DNA from: Fistulifera solaris
Taxonomy: Eukaryota
Direction of reading: 5' to 3'
Assembly: GCA_030295235.1 (NCBI GenBank)
Contig: AP026130.1
Span: 496,001 to 560,000 of the forward strand
Length of the DNA: 64,000 nucleotides
Part shown: in pieces, positions 1-12,043 of the stretch
Layout: the number at the start of each line of letters is the position of its first letter
How positions within the stretch are numbered: position 1 is the stretch's first letter
Made by a program: the position numbers and the translations under genes
Notes under the pieces: generated by a model
The model's database searches: none
What the model was told of the DNA's origin: nothing
What the model saw: only the letters and a program-made list of their open reading frames with translations

Positions 1-186
1 CTGCTCGACAGTCGGAGTATCCGTTCGCGCCATTTGCTCAACGCCACGTTTCAACCAAGCTTCGCTTCTGATCGGTTTGTTGCAATAAAACAACAAGCGA
101 GCAGTTTATAAAAAAGACCACATCCTGCTTTATCGACTGAAAGAAAATCCTTTGTTATCTAAAGTTTACCTAGAGTAAAAAAGGAC

Positions 187-920
187 ATGATGCACGCCAA
201 CAAAAGCCGAACCATGAAATTCGCAGATGAAAGCTGTAACGGAACTGAGTCATCGTCAATGGCTTCGTCCTTTGACGAATCGGATACGGATACTTCAAAC
301 GAAGACCGCTGGCTTGTTTCATCTTCGAAGACAAACCCATTACTGTCAAATCATAGCGAATCATCACGATCAGGGAGTATGTCAGTAACGGCTGGGGAAA
401 GGGCGACCCGTCATATCAGATCAAATGACTATTCAAGTGGGAATGCGATTCGGTCGCGCCTGTTAAACAAACTCGGATTCGAGCCAGCGGCCTCAAAAAG
501 ACCAATAAGTACCACAATATCCCACACTCCAAGTTTTCACGAGAGCAACGTTTTTTTGTCGACTTGAAGGGCGACTACGGAGTCCCAGACAAGAGCTCGG
601 TTTCCAAACATGATCGAAGTCTGAACTCGAAACGACGGATTGTATTTAATCCTGAAGTTAAAGTTCAGACAATTCCTTCCCACACTGATTTTTCTGATCG
701 CATTCGTCGTGTTATGTGGACGGACGCCGTGGAGATGGACGAAAACGCTGCTCGAAATTGCCTCGAATACACTGCCGAAGGTTGGGATTGGCGGAATGTG
801 CTCGATGACGAAGATATGATCGTAATAAATGGAGAAAAGATTCATCCAGTGCATTTTTCGGATGAAGAATGCAATTTGAATCGAGAGTTATCAGGTATCT
901 TGTCATCGCATCTACAGTAG
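187..920 (+). CDS. Hypothetical protein, diatom-type family; two ORFs joined by a frameshift
   Basis: ORFs 187-567 and 564-920 become one frame if T7 at 551-557 is T8 (ESNVFFVDLKGDYG). The C-terminal block RIVFNPEVKVQTIP...RNCLEYTAEGWDW reads as conserved coding sequence. Confidence 0.6.
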
Positions 921-1156
921 ACGAAAGTCGTAAGGCAACCTTATGAGCCTAGACGGAAAATCTTTTTCTGTTTCAGGAGTCGACATGTTAATAATGATAG
1001 AACTAGATTACAGAGTTACGATTAGTCGAAGGATGAATGTAAATGAGAGTAATTTTCAAAGACTTCAGCTAAAACGATGGCACCCGGAAGGCTCAATCAT
1101 GCCCCGATTTAGAATAAGATGCCACTTGCCCCTTGATCGACTGTTTTAAAAAAATC

Positions 1157-1432
1157 TTACGCTCGTAATTTGACAATATATATGTGCGATACATCACGAG
1201 CGACAATGTATCGCGTGGCTTGAAAACTAACTGTCATCCGGCTCAAGGAATCGAGCTTTAGGCTTCCTGCTTCTACCAGCATTTGGTACAGCAAAGCACA
1301 ATCTTTCTCACTCAGTGGACCACGAAGCAGATTGCCTTGTAAATCTAGAACGGCACTAGCTTGCTGTCCTGGAACAGGAGAGGCCTCGAGATCAAGGGCA
1401 GCGAAGTTTTCGCTGTTATTCGATCGATCCAT
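1157..1432 (-). CDS. Ragulator LAMTOR4-like roadblock protein (91 aa)
   Basis: VPGQQASAVLDLQG...RMTVSF...YIVARD..HIYIVK parallels LAMTOR4 (IPDQLGYLVL...RLSVVF...VFVVK) in size and pattern. First ATG is at 1432. Confidence 0.55.
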   Translation of the reverse strand: MDRSNNSENFAALDLEASPVPGQQASAVLDLQGNLLRGPLSEKDCALLYQMLVEAGSLKLDSLSRMTVSFQATRYIVARDVSHIYIVKLRA

Positions 1433-1948
1433 ACTTTGTAAAAGCTGGGTGTGTTGTTGACGTCCAGCGGCAAACTCCTGGACCACCTTCTCTTCTTCTT
1501 AAAGACTCTTTAAGACTCTTAGTCAGCTATTGTTGAATCAAACCTGTTGAGATGATAATTTATCTATAGTGCATTTTGTTTTTTGTTGTTGTTGTACAGT
1601 ACGGAGTACCCCGGAGTAATAAAAATGCAAAATGCACAAGCCAATTTTACGTAGTCCCTGACAGACGACACGACTTGCAGAATCAATCTTGGTTAGCAGG
1701 TCGCGCTATAGGGTTATACAGGAAACGCAAACCTTGGCGGCTAGCTAACGAAACATTGAATGCTGTTTGCTAGCAAGCCGATCACAGTCGTATTTGTTAC
1801 TTTGACCAATTACCAACGAATATACTCGTATCTCTTTCAAATGCAAACATCCTCGGTCAGGCGAGGGAGACAGGACTATTACTTCCATTTCATTCGAGAT
1901 TATAGCTAAGAAAATCCTCTTCTATATAATTTGCAAGAATGCTGCCGA

Positions 1949-2671
1949 CTATCTTAAAGAAAAAGATTCATCCATTTTCTCCAAATCATAACGATACCCG
2001 TACGCCGTATCCAACTTGTCTAATCCTTTCAAACGAGCCGCTTGTTCCAGCACCGCTACTCGCTGGAACCCAAGTGATTCCCAGAGCGCTACGGACGCCT
2101 CATTAGATTGAAAGACGAGATTGAAATAAGCCGATTTGTATCCCAGCTGGTGAGCCGCTTTCAGAAAGACTTTTCCCATGAGATGCGCTACGCCGCGTCG
2201 ACGATAATCGGGATGTGTAATGAATCCGCCATTGCAGATGTGGGAACATCGGCCGGGAAAATTGGGCTTGATGTAGAAACAACCCGCCACTTCCTTGGTT
2301 TCCAGACATCGCACCACGAACGCGGCGTGCGAAAGAAAATATCCTCGATACGCTTCTAGCGTTTCAAATTCCGATTCGAACGGCCATGATCGTCCCTCTT
2401 GAATGACATGATTCATCAATGTCATGCCGGCATTCCATTCTGATTCTTCAAATGGACCTACTTGAACGGGTGTCTCATCACGAAGTGTTGTATCGAAAGG
2501 AATCCAGTCTTTTAACAGAGATAATCCGGCATTACCATCCCCCGGTTCACCGGAATACGCTGTCGTCATCCATCGCCGTTTTAGGCCATGAAAATAGCCG
2601 GTTTTGGGTGCACGAGTTAGAATTCGAGGGACGTTTCGTTCGATGACCGAGAAAACGGTGGGAGCTATCAT
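1949..2671 (-). CDS. GNAT N-acetyltransferase, MPR1 (L-azetidine-2-carboxylate acetyltransferase)/Spt10-like
   Basis: Motifs GCFYIKPNFPGRCSHICNGGF, acetyl-CoA loop YRRRGVA, and FNLVFQSNEASVALWESLGF. The basic N-terminus may be a mitochondrial transit peptide. Confidence 0.85.
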   Translation of the reverse strand: MIAPTVFSVIERNVPRILTRAPKTGYFHGLKRRWMTTAYSGEPGDGNAGLSLLKDWIPFDTTLRDETPVQVGPFEESEWNAGMTLMNHVIQEGRSWPFESEFETLEAYRGYFLSHAAFVVRCLETKEVAGCFYIKPNFPGRCSHICNGGFITHPDYRRRGVAHLMGKVFLKAAHQLGYKSAYFNLVFQSNEASVALWESLGFQRVAVLEQAARLKGLDKLDTAYGYRYDLEKMDESFSLR

Positions 2672-3084
2672 TCGAGTTATCTATCACACTACGGGGGAAG
2701 GCGTTTACAGTGAATAGAGGACAAAATTGTGATACGGCTGAAACTGCAGTGATGATTGATGATAACCATGTAAACACACGCGCCATGGCGGATGCCGATG
2801 CCTTTTTGCCTTTTTTGCGGACGACGAGCACGGCGAACCGAACGCGTTGCGACACTCCGCATAGTCAATAAAGGTGACGTCGAAAGCGCGAATACCAGTA
2901 CGTAGTAATAAGGTGGCTGCGCGTTTTGTTTTGTTGAGAAAAAGAACTCTTTTTGTTGCCAGTTGCCACACTCACTCCTCAAATAGGTCTAGTTTCTTTT
3001 TTTAATCTTTAGCTTTGCTAGAAATTCTGTTGTTCTTCTCACTGGTGACAAGCCTTTAGGCTCGGATAAGGTAAGCTAACAAAC

Positions 3085-3579
3085 ATGCTGAAATGTCTCT
3101 GGATCGGAACACTACTTGCTTTCACAATCGACAGTGTGCAAGCGTTTTGCATTCCTCGAAGCACCAAAAGAAAATCATCTCTTTCCATGTGCATTTGCAT
3201 TGACTGTGCACGTGTGACCGACTGTGCAGCATACCATTTTGTCGAAAGCAAACATGAGCAACCGCATATGAACGAAAATCCGCAATTCACACCCCGCGAC
3301 GGAAGTCCGACCATTCATGTCAATGTACGAACGCACCGCAACGATGAGGAGATCCAGCGTATATGGAAGGAGCACAAAGAGGAAACGAGACGGGCGGAAG
3401 CTAAAGCTGGAGACGCGCAAGGAGAATTACGCGGTGAGACGGTGTATAACATGTCGCCTTCCACCACCATCGAGTACGATGTCGTAAAATGCGCAGATTT
3501 TGTGGAGGATAAGGGATGTTGGGTCCGGAATATGCCAGAAGAAATAAGGAAAGCCAATCCGCATTTCGTTCCGACTTAA
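3085..3579 (+). CDS. ycf34: Nucleus-encoded plastid-targeted Ycf34
   Basis: MCICIDC..V..C..YH.VE.KH.QPH...P.F.P...TIHVNVR...EYDVVKC..FVEDKG.W is the Ycf34 pattern. It follows a signal peptide ending VQA-F and a basic/Ser-rich transit peptide. Confidence 0.85.
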   Translation: MLKCLWIGTLLAFTIDSVQAFCIPRSTKRKSSLSMCICIDCARVTDCAAYHFVESKHEQPHMNENPQFTPRDGSPTIHVNVRTHRNDEEIQRIWKEHKEETRRAEAKAGDAQGELRGETVYNMSPSTTIEYDVVKCADFVEDKGCWVRNMPEEIRKANPHFVPT

Positions 3580-3705
3580 GTTGTGCGGAAAAGAATCATA
3601 GACACACTAAAACGGTCGTCAGGATACGCTTTGTCTTTGCAAACATACACTATTTTAGTGTTTCTCTCTTGTGCTTTAGTTTTTGTTTTTCATTCTACGC
3701 TCAAC

Positions 3706-4335
3706 TTAGATATCATCAAAATCAATACCAATATCATCATCATCCGCATCACCCGCCATAGCCATGTCCACTGCCGTTTCATTGATTCGGGCCGTCTCGG
3801 GGAGTTCTCCATACTGTTTCAGGTTACGCGCTTCATCGGCCGAATACTTGTGTATAATGTCCACCTTTTCGTCTTGAAAGTCACGTTTCGCTACTAGTAC
3901 AATATCACCGGCTGTGATCCATACCTTCTTTCGCATCTTGCCACGAATATGGCCCAGACGAGTCACACCATCAAAGCAGAAACATTCACAACGTCCATTT
4001 CCCAACATTTTGACTACTTGCGCGTACTCTTGGCCTGAAGAAGTGTCAGAAGTCAGGCGGATGAAAAAGGAAAGAAAAACATGAAATAGGGGAGCAGAAT
4101 GATTGACACCTACCATCTTCCTTGAATTCAAGCTCTCGCTTGCTTTCTTCTCCGTCACCTTTTCCCCTTCGTCGATTCTTTCCTCCGTTTCCTGTTGGTT
4201 AGAGAATCAAAATGTGTTGTTCGTCAGTGATTTTCGTTCCTTACAAACGAAGACACGCGCGATGCTCTTTACAAACGAAAAGGAGGTGTCGCATCAGGAA
4301 CAATGCTCTCGTCACGCACCTTTCGGTTTCGGCAT
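3706..4335 (-). CDS. EIF1A: Translation initiation factor eIF1A; exons 4335-4320, 4191-4114, 4034-3706
   Basis: Spliced product [16 protein letters not shown]...[18 protein letters not shown]...[12 protein letters not shown]...DFDDI. GT-AG introns at 4192-4319 and 4035-4113. Confidence 0.95.
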
Positions 4336-4852
4336 ATTTTCTGTCTATACTACGAGCAAATCAAAAGATGAGCCCCAACTATTGATTTCCTTTGCGACAA
4401 GCAATATCCTTTCTTCGGTTCTGGTGCCCTTCAGAGTTAGACAGATGATCTTCTCTATTATCAAGTCGACGAGCGCCTTCGAACTCGAACGCCGCACACG
4501 TCTTGACGTTCTCGGCCGCATTTGGTGGGAAAAACACAAACCGCATCTCCGTCGCGCCTTGGTTTGCGCGTTGCGTTGGGAAGAGCGGGCGAAGGACGTA
4601 CGCCGTCTGACCATCGTTAAAATATTGTACTTTCTGAATCTATAGTTTCGTGTACAAACAGTAGACACACACGTCCGCCTCACCAAACTCCTTACCTCGT
4701 TACTAAAAACAGAAGCTACGGCAGACCAAGGCGAGAGGGCCGAGGGAAACAATTGAAAGCAATCATCAACAACGTCGCGGAGCACCGTTGAGAATCCAAT
4801 CAGTTTGTTTGTATCCAGTTGTTCATTAATTGCTAAATAAAGAAGAAGAGCC

Positions 4853-5461
4853 ATGGGTATTACACGAGAAGGCCGCCACAAGCGTCGCGAAACCGGTGGA
4901 CGTCGCGAAAAGTTCCGCAAGAAGCGCAAGTTCGAACTCGGTCGCCAACCCGCCATGACCAAGATCGGTGAGGCCCGCATCCACCAAGTTCGTGGACGCG
5001 GAGGTAACCCCAAGTTCCGAGCACTCCGATTGGACAGTGGTAATTTTTCGTGGGGTACCGAAGTGTGCACACGAAAAGTCCGTGTCTTGGACGTTTCGTA
5101 CAACGCCTCAAATAACGAGTTGGTCCGCACCAAGACTTTGGTCAAGGGATCTATCATCGTGGTGGATGCTCACCCTTTCAAGGACTGGTATGAGTCACAC
5201 TATGGTGTGAAGATTGGCTTAAAGAAGAAGAGCGAAGAAGCTGCCACTGTCGATCTTTCCGGAAAGTCGGAGAAGACCGCCGCCAAGCTCAAGGCTCGTC
5301 AAGCCAACCGCACTTTGGAGCCGGCTTTGGATCACCAGTTCGCATCTGGTCGTCTTTACGCCAAGATTACCAGCCGACCGGGTCAAACTGGACGCTGCGA
5401 TGGATATATTCTTGAGGGCCCTGAACTTGCCTTCTACATGAAGCAAATGACGAAGAAATAA
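4853..5461 (+). CDS. RPS8: 40S ribosomal protein S8 (eS8)
   Basis: [14 protein letters not shown]...KKRKFELGR...[12 protein letters not shown]...[16 protein letters not shown]. Confidence 0.97.
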   Translation: MGITREGRHKRRETGGRREKFRKKRKFELGRQPAMTKIGEARIHQVRGRGGNPKFRALRLDSGNFSWGTEVCTRKVRVLDVSYNASNNELVRTKTLVKGSIIVVDAHPFKDWYESHYGVKIGLKKKSEEAATVDLSGKSEKTAAKLKARQANRTLEPALDHQFASGRLYAKITSRPGQTGRCDGYILEGPELAFYMKQMTKK

Positions 5462-5996
5462 AGTTCCAAATAAAAATTAGCAGTTTGTTTTTAACTACTC
5501 ATTTCACACATTCGCTGCATCGGTGTATTCTTGCGGTCCGACTAATGTCTAAACCGATCTAAAACTTTGTCATCCCTCGCAGCGAGGTCACGGTGAGGTG
5601 ATGAAACTAACTATAGCAGTGTACTTGTAGTACTAAGGTCAACGTTACTGTAATGATGATGATTCATGATAACTCATGATTAACTTGAGTCCCGCTATAA
5701 AGAAAATTGCGTCACGCTATAATATTTAGTCACGGTCACGAGCTGAACCCAGAACAAAAAAAGTTCAAAACAGCACACGCAAAATGGGCCATGGAATGAT
5801 TCGATTCGTATACGCAATCACAATAATCAAGATACGACGAATAACACGGATCACCGCTCATTGACAATCAGCGACCAAAAATCGAGCTGATCGTACAAAG
5901 TTTACCTCTTATTATTGACGGAACCCGAAATTCTGTCTCGGCCGGTAATTGTTTCTGTTGTTGACATTTTTACCGCAAACATTCGAGCGTTCGACG

Positions 5997-7013
5997 ATGA
6001 CTTCGGAATCTGGAACCGTAATGGGAAAGTTGCGTGGCTGGCGAGAGTATATGGCGCCTACTTTGAAAAAGACGGCGTTCCTTGAGAGAGGGGTATTGAC
6101 GCCAGAGGAGGTAAGAACACGAACCGTTATAGTCGATGAAAAGTAGGCTATCGCGTCTTTCTCATTTCATTCCGCTCGCATCTAGTTTGTTCGTGCGGGA
6201 GACGAGTTGGTATTTCGGTGCCCAGCTTGGAGTTGGGAACGAGGGTCAAATCCTCCCAAATCGTATTTACCCGAGGACAAGCAGTTTTTGGTAACTCGCA
6301 ATGTCCCCTGTCCCACCCGCGTCTCCGACATGGAAGCACAGCTGGGTCTCATTCAGCAACAAGCGCAAAACAATGACGACGACGACGATGACTGGCTTGT
6401 GTCTACTCTGGTGAAGCAAAATACTCATTCACTGGAAGATGAATTTGATATTCTAGACGAAGAGGGAGAAGTCGTGAAAAGTCATCCGAATGAGGAGGAA
6501 GAAAAGCCTGCAGAGGAGGAGGAGGGCGACGAGTATGCAGATATGGCGGATTATGAAGACAACAATGTGCTAGTGGATGACGATGCTGCCGCTCCATCGA
6601 CAGCTGGTGATACGAATTTGTTAAAAGTGAGAACCTACGATCTCAGTATCACCTACGATAAATACTATCAGACGCCCCGCGTGTGGATGGTCGGTCGTTC
6701 GGCCGAAGGTCAGCCATTGACTGGAAAAGAAATGATGGAAGATGTTATGACGGACTACGCCAACAAGACGGTCACAATCGAAGTGCATCCTCACGTCAGT
6801 GGCCCTCATGCCTCCATACACCCCTGCAAACACGGAAAAGTGATGAAAACAATTGTTGACAATCTAATGGCTGCACAGCAGCAGACGGATGGAAATGAAG
6901 AAGCAGGGCCGTCGATTGAGATGTATTTGTTTATCTTTCTCAAGTTTGTGAGCAGTATCATTCCGACGATTGCTTACGACTTTACCATGGAGGTGAACAC
7001 GGGAAAGAAGTAG
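5997..7013 (+). CDS. ATG3: Autophagy E2-like enzyme ATG3; intron 6111-6185
   Basis: F.ERGVLTPEEFVRAGDELV..CP.WSW, RTYDLSITYDKYYQTPR, catalytic SIHPCKH, FLKFVSSIIPTI.YDFT. Confidence 0.95.
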
Positions 7014-7414
7014 TTATTCCATGGTAGCTAGTTGATGACACATTAAGTTGATATTAGTTGTTAGCAGTGCGTCTGGTCAGAATGTATAAACGAGATGCTC
7101 TAACTTTAGCTCGGATGTTCTTCGCTTGCTTCGCATTAGTTGCATCTTCATACCGGTACCCATTTACAGAGTTGAAAACGTGTTATGTGAGAAATTTGTT
7201 TTTTCGCGTATAGCCTTTTATCAACATGACCATGACGACATGCGACGATGGTGCGCACAAACGAAGTGTAAGCATAGTCATTCACTTTTCACCTACCAAT
7301 CCACGCCCGCGGATGAGATATATCAGAGAGAAGCTTTTTCGCCTTCATGATTGTATGAGTCAGCTTTTACCTTATCTACAACACTGATTCGACAAACAAA
7401 GTCTTTCATTCTTC

Positions 7415-8997
7415 ATGTGGCTGAGGTGGGTCGTCTTTCTCATATTTCCCTCCTCAACGCTAGTCAAATCCTTTCTTTTAATTCGGGGACACAGATACGC
7501 TCATACAAGAACAGTTGCTCTAGAAGAGCAACTACAGAAGACACATCACAAAATACCCGCACGAACCACAAGGTTCGTGGTTTACTCGATCATGTTCTAA
7601 ATCGATTGCATCAAGAATGGGATGAAACAAAATGGTCTCGATTGCGTAATTACTTGTATCGCAGTCAAGAAAAGTTGACCGAAGAGCAAGTCAAGAACGT
7701 GTTGGATTTTTTGTTGCAGCATTTGGACGAAACAGATGCAGCTCTTGTTTTGCAACAATCTCCGAGAATATTGCGTAAGAACGCCAAGACAAGCCTAGAA
7801 CCGACCTATCAGTTCCTGAAGGACCTCTACGGTGAATCGTTACTTTCTGTGGCTTTGAAACGAAACCCAGATCTTCTCCTTACTCGTGGAGCTGGTTATG
7901 ACGGGGGAGTCTTGGAGCTAGTAGAAGTTTTTCTGGCGGAAGAGTTAGCTTTGAGTCAACGACAAATCGCGACCATCAAAAAAGACTTTCCCGTCCTTTT
8001 TCAAACACCAGTGTCGAAATTGCTTTCAACAGTTTACTTGTTTCGCACTCGAATGGAACATCAAACGCACGAACAAGCCACTGTGGCAATCGCTAAAATG
8101 ATGCTGCTTCATCCTCAAATATTCATTTTGTCAGTCGAGAGCATAGAGCATCGCATTGAATTCCTCGTCAAAGAGTGCGGTTTAGACACGGACTCTATCG
8201 TTCGAAATGCGGGGTTCCTGTTGGGCCTGTCAATCGAGGAGAATTTGGAACCGAAATTGAAGTTGCTTTCGGCCTACATTCCCAACCGAGAAATGTTAGC
8301 CACTGCTTTGAAATCTCATCCGCAGATTCTTGGCTTAGCGCAAGATACTTTGCAGGCAAAGTTCTCGTACTTTGATCGAATTGATGCGGATTGTTTCGGA
8401 ACGAATTCAGTTCTCACAGCTGACGACTCTTTAGCCAGCCGCATTCTTTTGAGAGCTACACCAGTTCTTTCTCTTAGCCTGGAAAAGAATATTATACCGA
8501 AGATTGAGTTTCTTGCTAAAGTTTGGGGCATTGAGTCGTTAGATACATCCCCTCGTTCGCCCAGATTGTCGCTTTCCGAACAACTTCGACAATACCCTAG
8601 TATACTCAGCCTAAGCCTGGGTGGGAACATACGGCCCACAGTTGAGTTTTACAATCGAACGAGTTACATTGAACTGGACAGTAGCTGGCGGTTGCAGCCG
8701 TGGTCCATTTCTCTCAGGGGTCGCGACTTGGCCGCATCGCTATCCAACCGCTTACTGCCTCGATGGCATTTCTTCCACTCGAAACTATTTTCAAAAGAAG
8801 ACAGCAATGCACAGCGTGCAATGCAAAAAGGTCTTCCATTGCATATTCTCGTGTCGGCCACGGACACGACTTTCTGCGATGAATTCAATTTTGATGCGAC
8901 GGAATATAGCGTATTCAAGCGAGAGGCTATTCCGCGCTTGAAGTTCAGCTCCCAGTTCGACACGTGGGTAAAGACAGGGCGACCCATAGATGTATAA
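7415..8997 (+). CDS. mTERF-repeat protein, probably plastid-targeted
   Basis: Repeated PxIL.LS.E.N(I/L)xPK..FL units. ATG 7415 joins the long ORF if T3 at 7445-7447 is T4, giving the signal peptide MWLRWVVFLIFSLLNASQILS-F. Confidence 0.75.
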
Positions 8998-9215
8998 GCC
9001 TGTTTGCTTTTTCCTGCAACAACATGAATAATAAATTTGCGCGGATTCAATGAACCTAAATAGGCGACAGGAAAGCCTAGCCTACCAAGTTTTTTTGCTT
9101 ACCTCAAAACCAAACACCAGTACCACAGCGACGTTTTTGAATTTTGTCGTCACATTGAAATAAAAGTTCTGCCGTCGCGATCCGCAGAACATGACAACAT
9201 TAATGACCATGTATC

Positions 9216-10442
9216 ATGGTGGCTCTGAAGATTGTGCTGATAACATACGAGTTTACATATAGCCCGTTCAGTGGAAACGGCATCCTTTCACGCAGCTTGG
9301 TGCAGTCCCTCGAAGCGACTGGAGCTGAGATTACTGTTTGGTGTTGTCGTCCACATGCCGATGACCGCCAAGTTCTAGAAGAATCAACGTCGAGCTGGAC
9401 AGCCATTCCACTCACCCTCCCAGCCGACGTGCAATGGAAACGAGTAGACCATGAGTCAGGCTGGAAGCATTTCGTATTCACCAATCTTTCAACTGAATTA
9501 CAGAAACAACTTCTGCAAGCCGTCAACCGTGCCGATATCATCGCTTCTGTTGACTGGACTGGAGCTTACGCGCTGAGATCCTTACCAACCCCGAAAGTCA
9601 AGCCAGCAATCTACTTTAATTATAGGGTTTTTGCTCAGGGGGTAAAGGATTCTCAACTGCAGGAGTGGTATAATCAAATGGAAACCGAAGCTTTGCAATC
9701 AGCAGACCTAGTCGTCGCGCTTTCGCACCGTGACAAGATGTCTTTGATGAAGCTGGTGAGCAGCAGGGAGGTCGTAGTTTTGTTACCTCCCCTTCGTCAA
9801 GATATGGCTGCATTGACGGCACGAGATGAACCGGCACCATTACCTCCAGAGCTTGCGTGGGTTCGATCGATGTGCTTAGTAACATGCGTCGTTCGACTTT
9901 CGCCTGAGAAAGACGTCATGCGCTTCGTTCGATTCCTTAAATCGATTCAAGACTTGTTACAACAAGAAAAATGGACTGTAGTTCTTGCTGGGGCTCGAGC
10001 GGATCCGAGTTATGCAGATGAAGTGGAGTCCAGATTACGGATAGTCTGTCCCAACGCAGTTATTTTGACTCATTCGTTTCTCTCCCCGGCAACAATGGTA
10101 TCTATTTACCAGCGATCAGTTTTGAATTTCCACCCCTGTGCATATGACGCCTATGGGATGACCATCATTGAGGCGGGGGCTTGTGGAGTTCCGTCGGTCG
10201 TCTCGTCTGAAGGTGTAGGGGCATTGGACCTATTAGGAGAGAGCTGCATTCGAGTTGAGATGACTCAGCATGATGGGCTCAGCCTAGAATCAATAAGGAA
10301 GATAAGGCGTGTCCTTGCGGATGCATCAGAGCTGGAACGTATTGGGACGTCGGCAAAGAGCAAGGCTTTGGAGTGGGATGAGCAAGCATATGGTCAAGCA
10401 CTATTGTCACACATGAAGCTCAGAAACCCAAATGATTCGTAA
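9216..10442 (+). CDS. GT-B glycosyltransferase, family 4-like
   Basis: N-terminal LKIVLITYEF...SGNG, RLSPEKD, and nucleotide-sugar motif YDAYGMTIIEAGACGVP. Confidence 0.85.
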   Translation: MVALKIVLITYEFTYSPFSGNGILSRSLVQSLEATGAEITVWCCRPHADDRQVLEESTSSWTAIPLTLPADVQWKRVDHESGWKHFVFTNLSTELQKQLLQAVNRADIIASVDWTGAYALRSLPTPKVKPAIYFNYRVFAQGVKDSQLQEWYNQMETEALQSADLVVALSHRDKMSLMKLVSSREVVVLLPPLRQDMAALTARDEPAPLPPELAWVRSMCLVTCVVRLSPEKDVMRFVRFLKSIQDLLQQEKWTVVLAGARADPSYADEVESRLRIVCPNAVILTHSFLSPATMVSIYQRSVLNFHPCAYDAYGMTIIEAGACGVPSVVSSEGVGALDLLGESCIRVEMTQHDGLSLESIRKIRRVLADASELERIGTSAKSKALEWDEQAYGQALLSHMKLRNPNDS

Positions 10443-10580
10443 ATAAGAACCTTACTTGAATGATAGAGAGTAAAGATGGAGGAATGCGAACAGTGAATAT
10501 AAAAGTTGTGTGTTCTCTTTAGTGACTTATGGATAATATGTGTACTTGGCAGCTCCAAGGGATAGTAAAAGAAAAACATC

Positions 10581-12043
10581 TCAGCGACTGGATGTTCGAT
10601 TGTCAGTGATGAGGGTGGCAGTTTCGTCGAATGAATACTGGGATGAGCCGTGATACGGTGACGATTGCTCTGGTGAGTCCCCATCTTCAGCCCCAGACCA
10701 CGACTGCTCTGAGCCCGAGCCGTACGAATCATCGTCTTCGTCGTCGCTGTTTTCAGGCGTCTCCTGGATGGTAGCCATTTCCGGTACGCCACTCAAAAGC
10801 GCCTTTCGCTTCTTTTTTTCTACGTCGTCGACGAGCGGTCTGACCAGTCGATGGGACAGTCTTGGCTGGACGCGTTCCAGGAGGTAAAGGCGGCAACAAA
10901 GTGTCACTGGACTGCGTGTTGTCTCCGGCGGTCGCTACTTCAAACGGATTTTTCGCTCCGACGGGCGTGAGAGTGCTCGCAGCCGTAGCGAGTGCAAGAA
11001 CTGCAGGATTTTGAAGCATTACCGAGTCAGTCTCGTTGCTACTATCCATCAGCATCGGTGCATCTGACCCGACCTCTTCCATCGAACCACTTTCAACGTC
11101 ATCAAATATCGAGTCGGCAGATAGAGTCGGCGATGGGTTTTCTTCATCTTCTGACTTTTCGGAAGAGTCCGTCTCGGCCAGCATAGGCTGGCTCTTGGTC
11201 GAAAGAGGCACTTGGCCATTTCGACTATCGAAGTCAGCGTTTTCCGAATCCACTTGCTGGCTGTTGAGTTCTGAAGAGTCCGACTGGCGCCTTCGTCGTG
11301 TGACGAATAAACCGACCGCTACAATCAAAGCCAAAGCGATCGGAATCATTAGAACGAGAGGCAGCATGCCAGATGAACTGTCGCTACTCTCAGGGTTCTC
11401 GGTTTCTCTGTCCTCATCTTCCGCTACAAGATTGTAAGGATTATCCGTACTTTTTCCCACGAAATAGGTTTGATAAATAGAGCCCACTAAGGCGTTTTGA
11501 GAGTCGAGCTCGACGCGTAAGTGGTACATCATGTAGTCTTCAATGACGCTTGCACTGGGTCCTGTGTAAAAGACGTCCATTTTACCACTCATCGCAAAAC
11601 ATATCAGGTTGTCCTCAAGGCTTTTAATGTATTGACACTCTCCTGTTAAATAGTGGTCATGAGGCAAACGTACAGAAGTATCTTTAAACGAAGAAGAAAA
11701 ATTACCTACCGACAGGATGAAGCGTATCTTTCTCTCCGCTGGTCAAGCCGACCACTTTATGAAGGCCCGATCCACCACTCTGAAGCCAGGGATCTTCCGA
11801 TTGCACCGACAAGTCACAGCTCCCAACTCCAGTAACTTCGTTCATACGCCGCAACATTCCGTATTCTACATCTGGTAAATCCTGCCATTGTACCTCTGGA
11901 AAAGGTTCTCCCGGGTCAGGCAAGGCAAACTCATAATCGAATTCCAACGAGAGCTTTTTGACGTCTTGGGAGCTGTCCTCGCACAAGACGCTATAAAGGC
12001 GGCCATCGCGGTATTCCTCCGCGGCGGGCAGCGATACCGACAT
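10581..12043 (-). CDS. Single-pass membrane hypothetical protein; intron 11643-11709, frameshift at 10813-10819
   Basis: Three ORFs are linked by one GT-AG intron and one homopolymer shift. TM helix LPLVLMIPIALALIVAVGLFV is followed by RRRR. The 5' end is uncertain. Confidence 0.55.

Noticed and set aside
5595..5750. Box C/D snoRNA (GTGATGA...CTGA) downstream of RPS8
   Set aside because: No convincing terminal stem and no rRNA-complementary guide recognised
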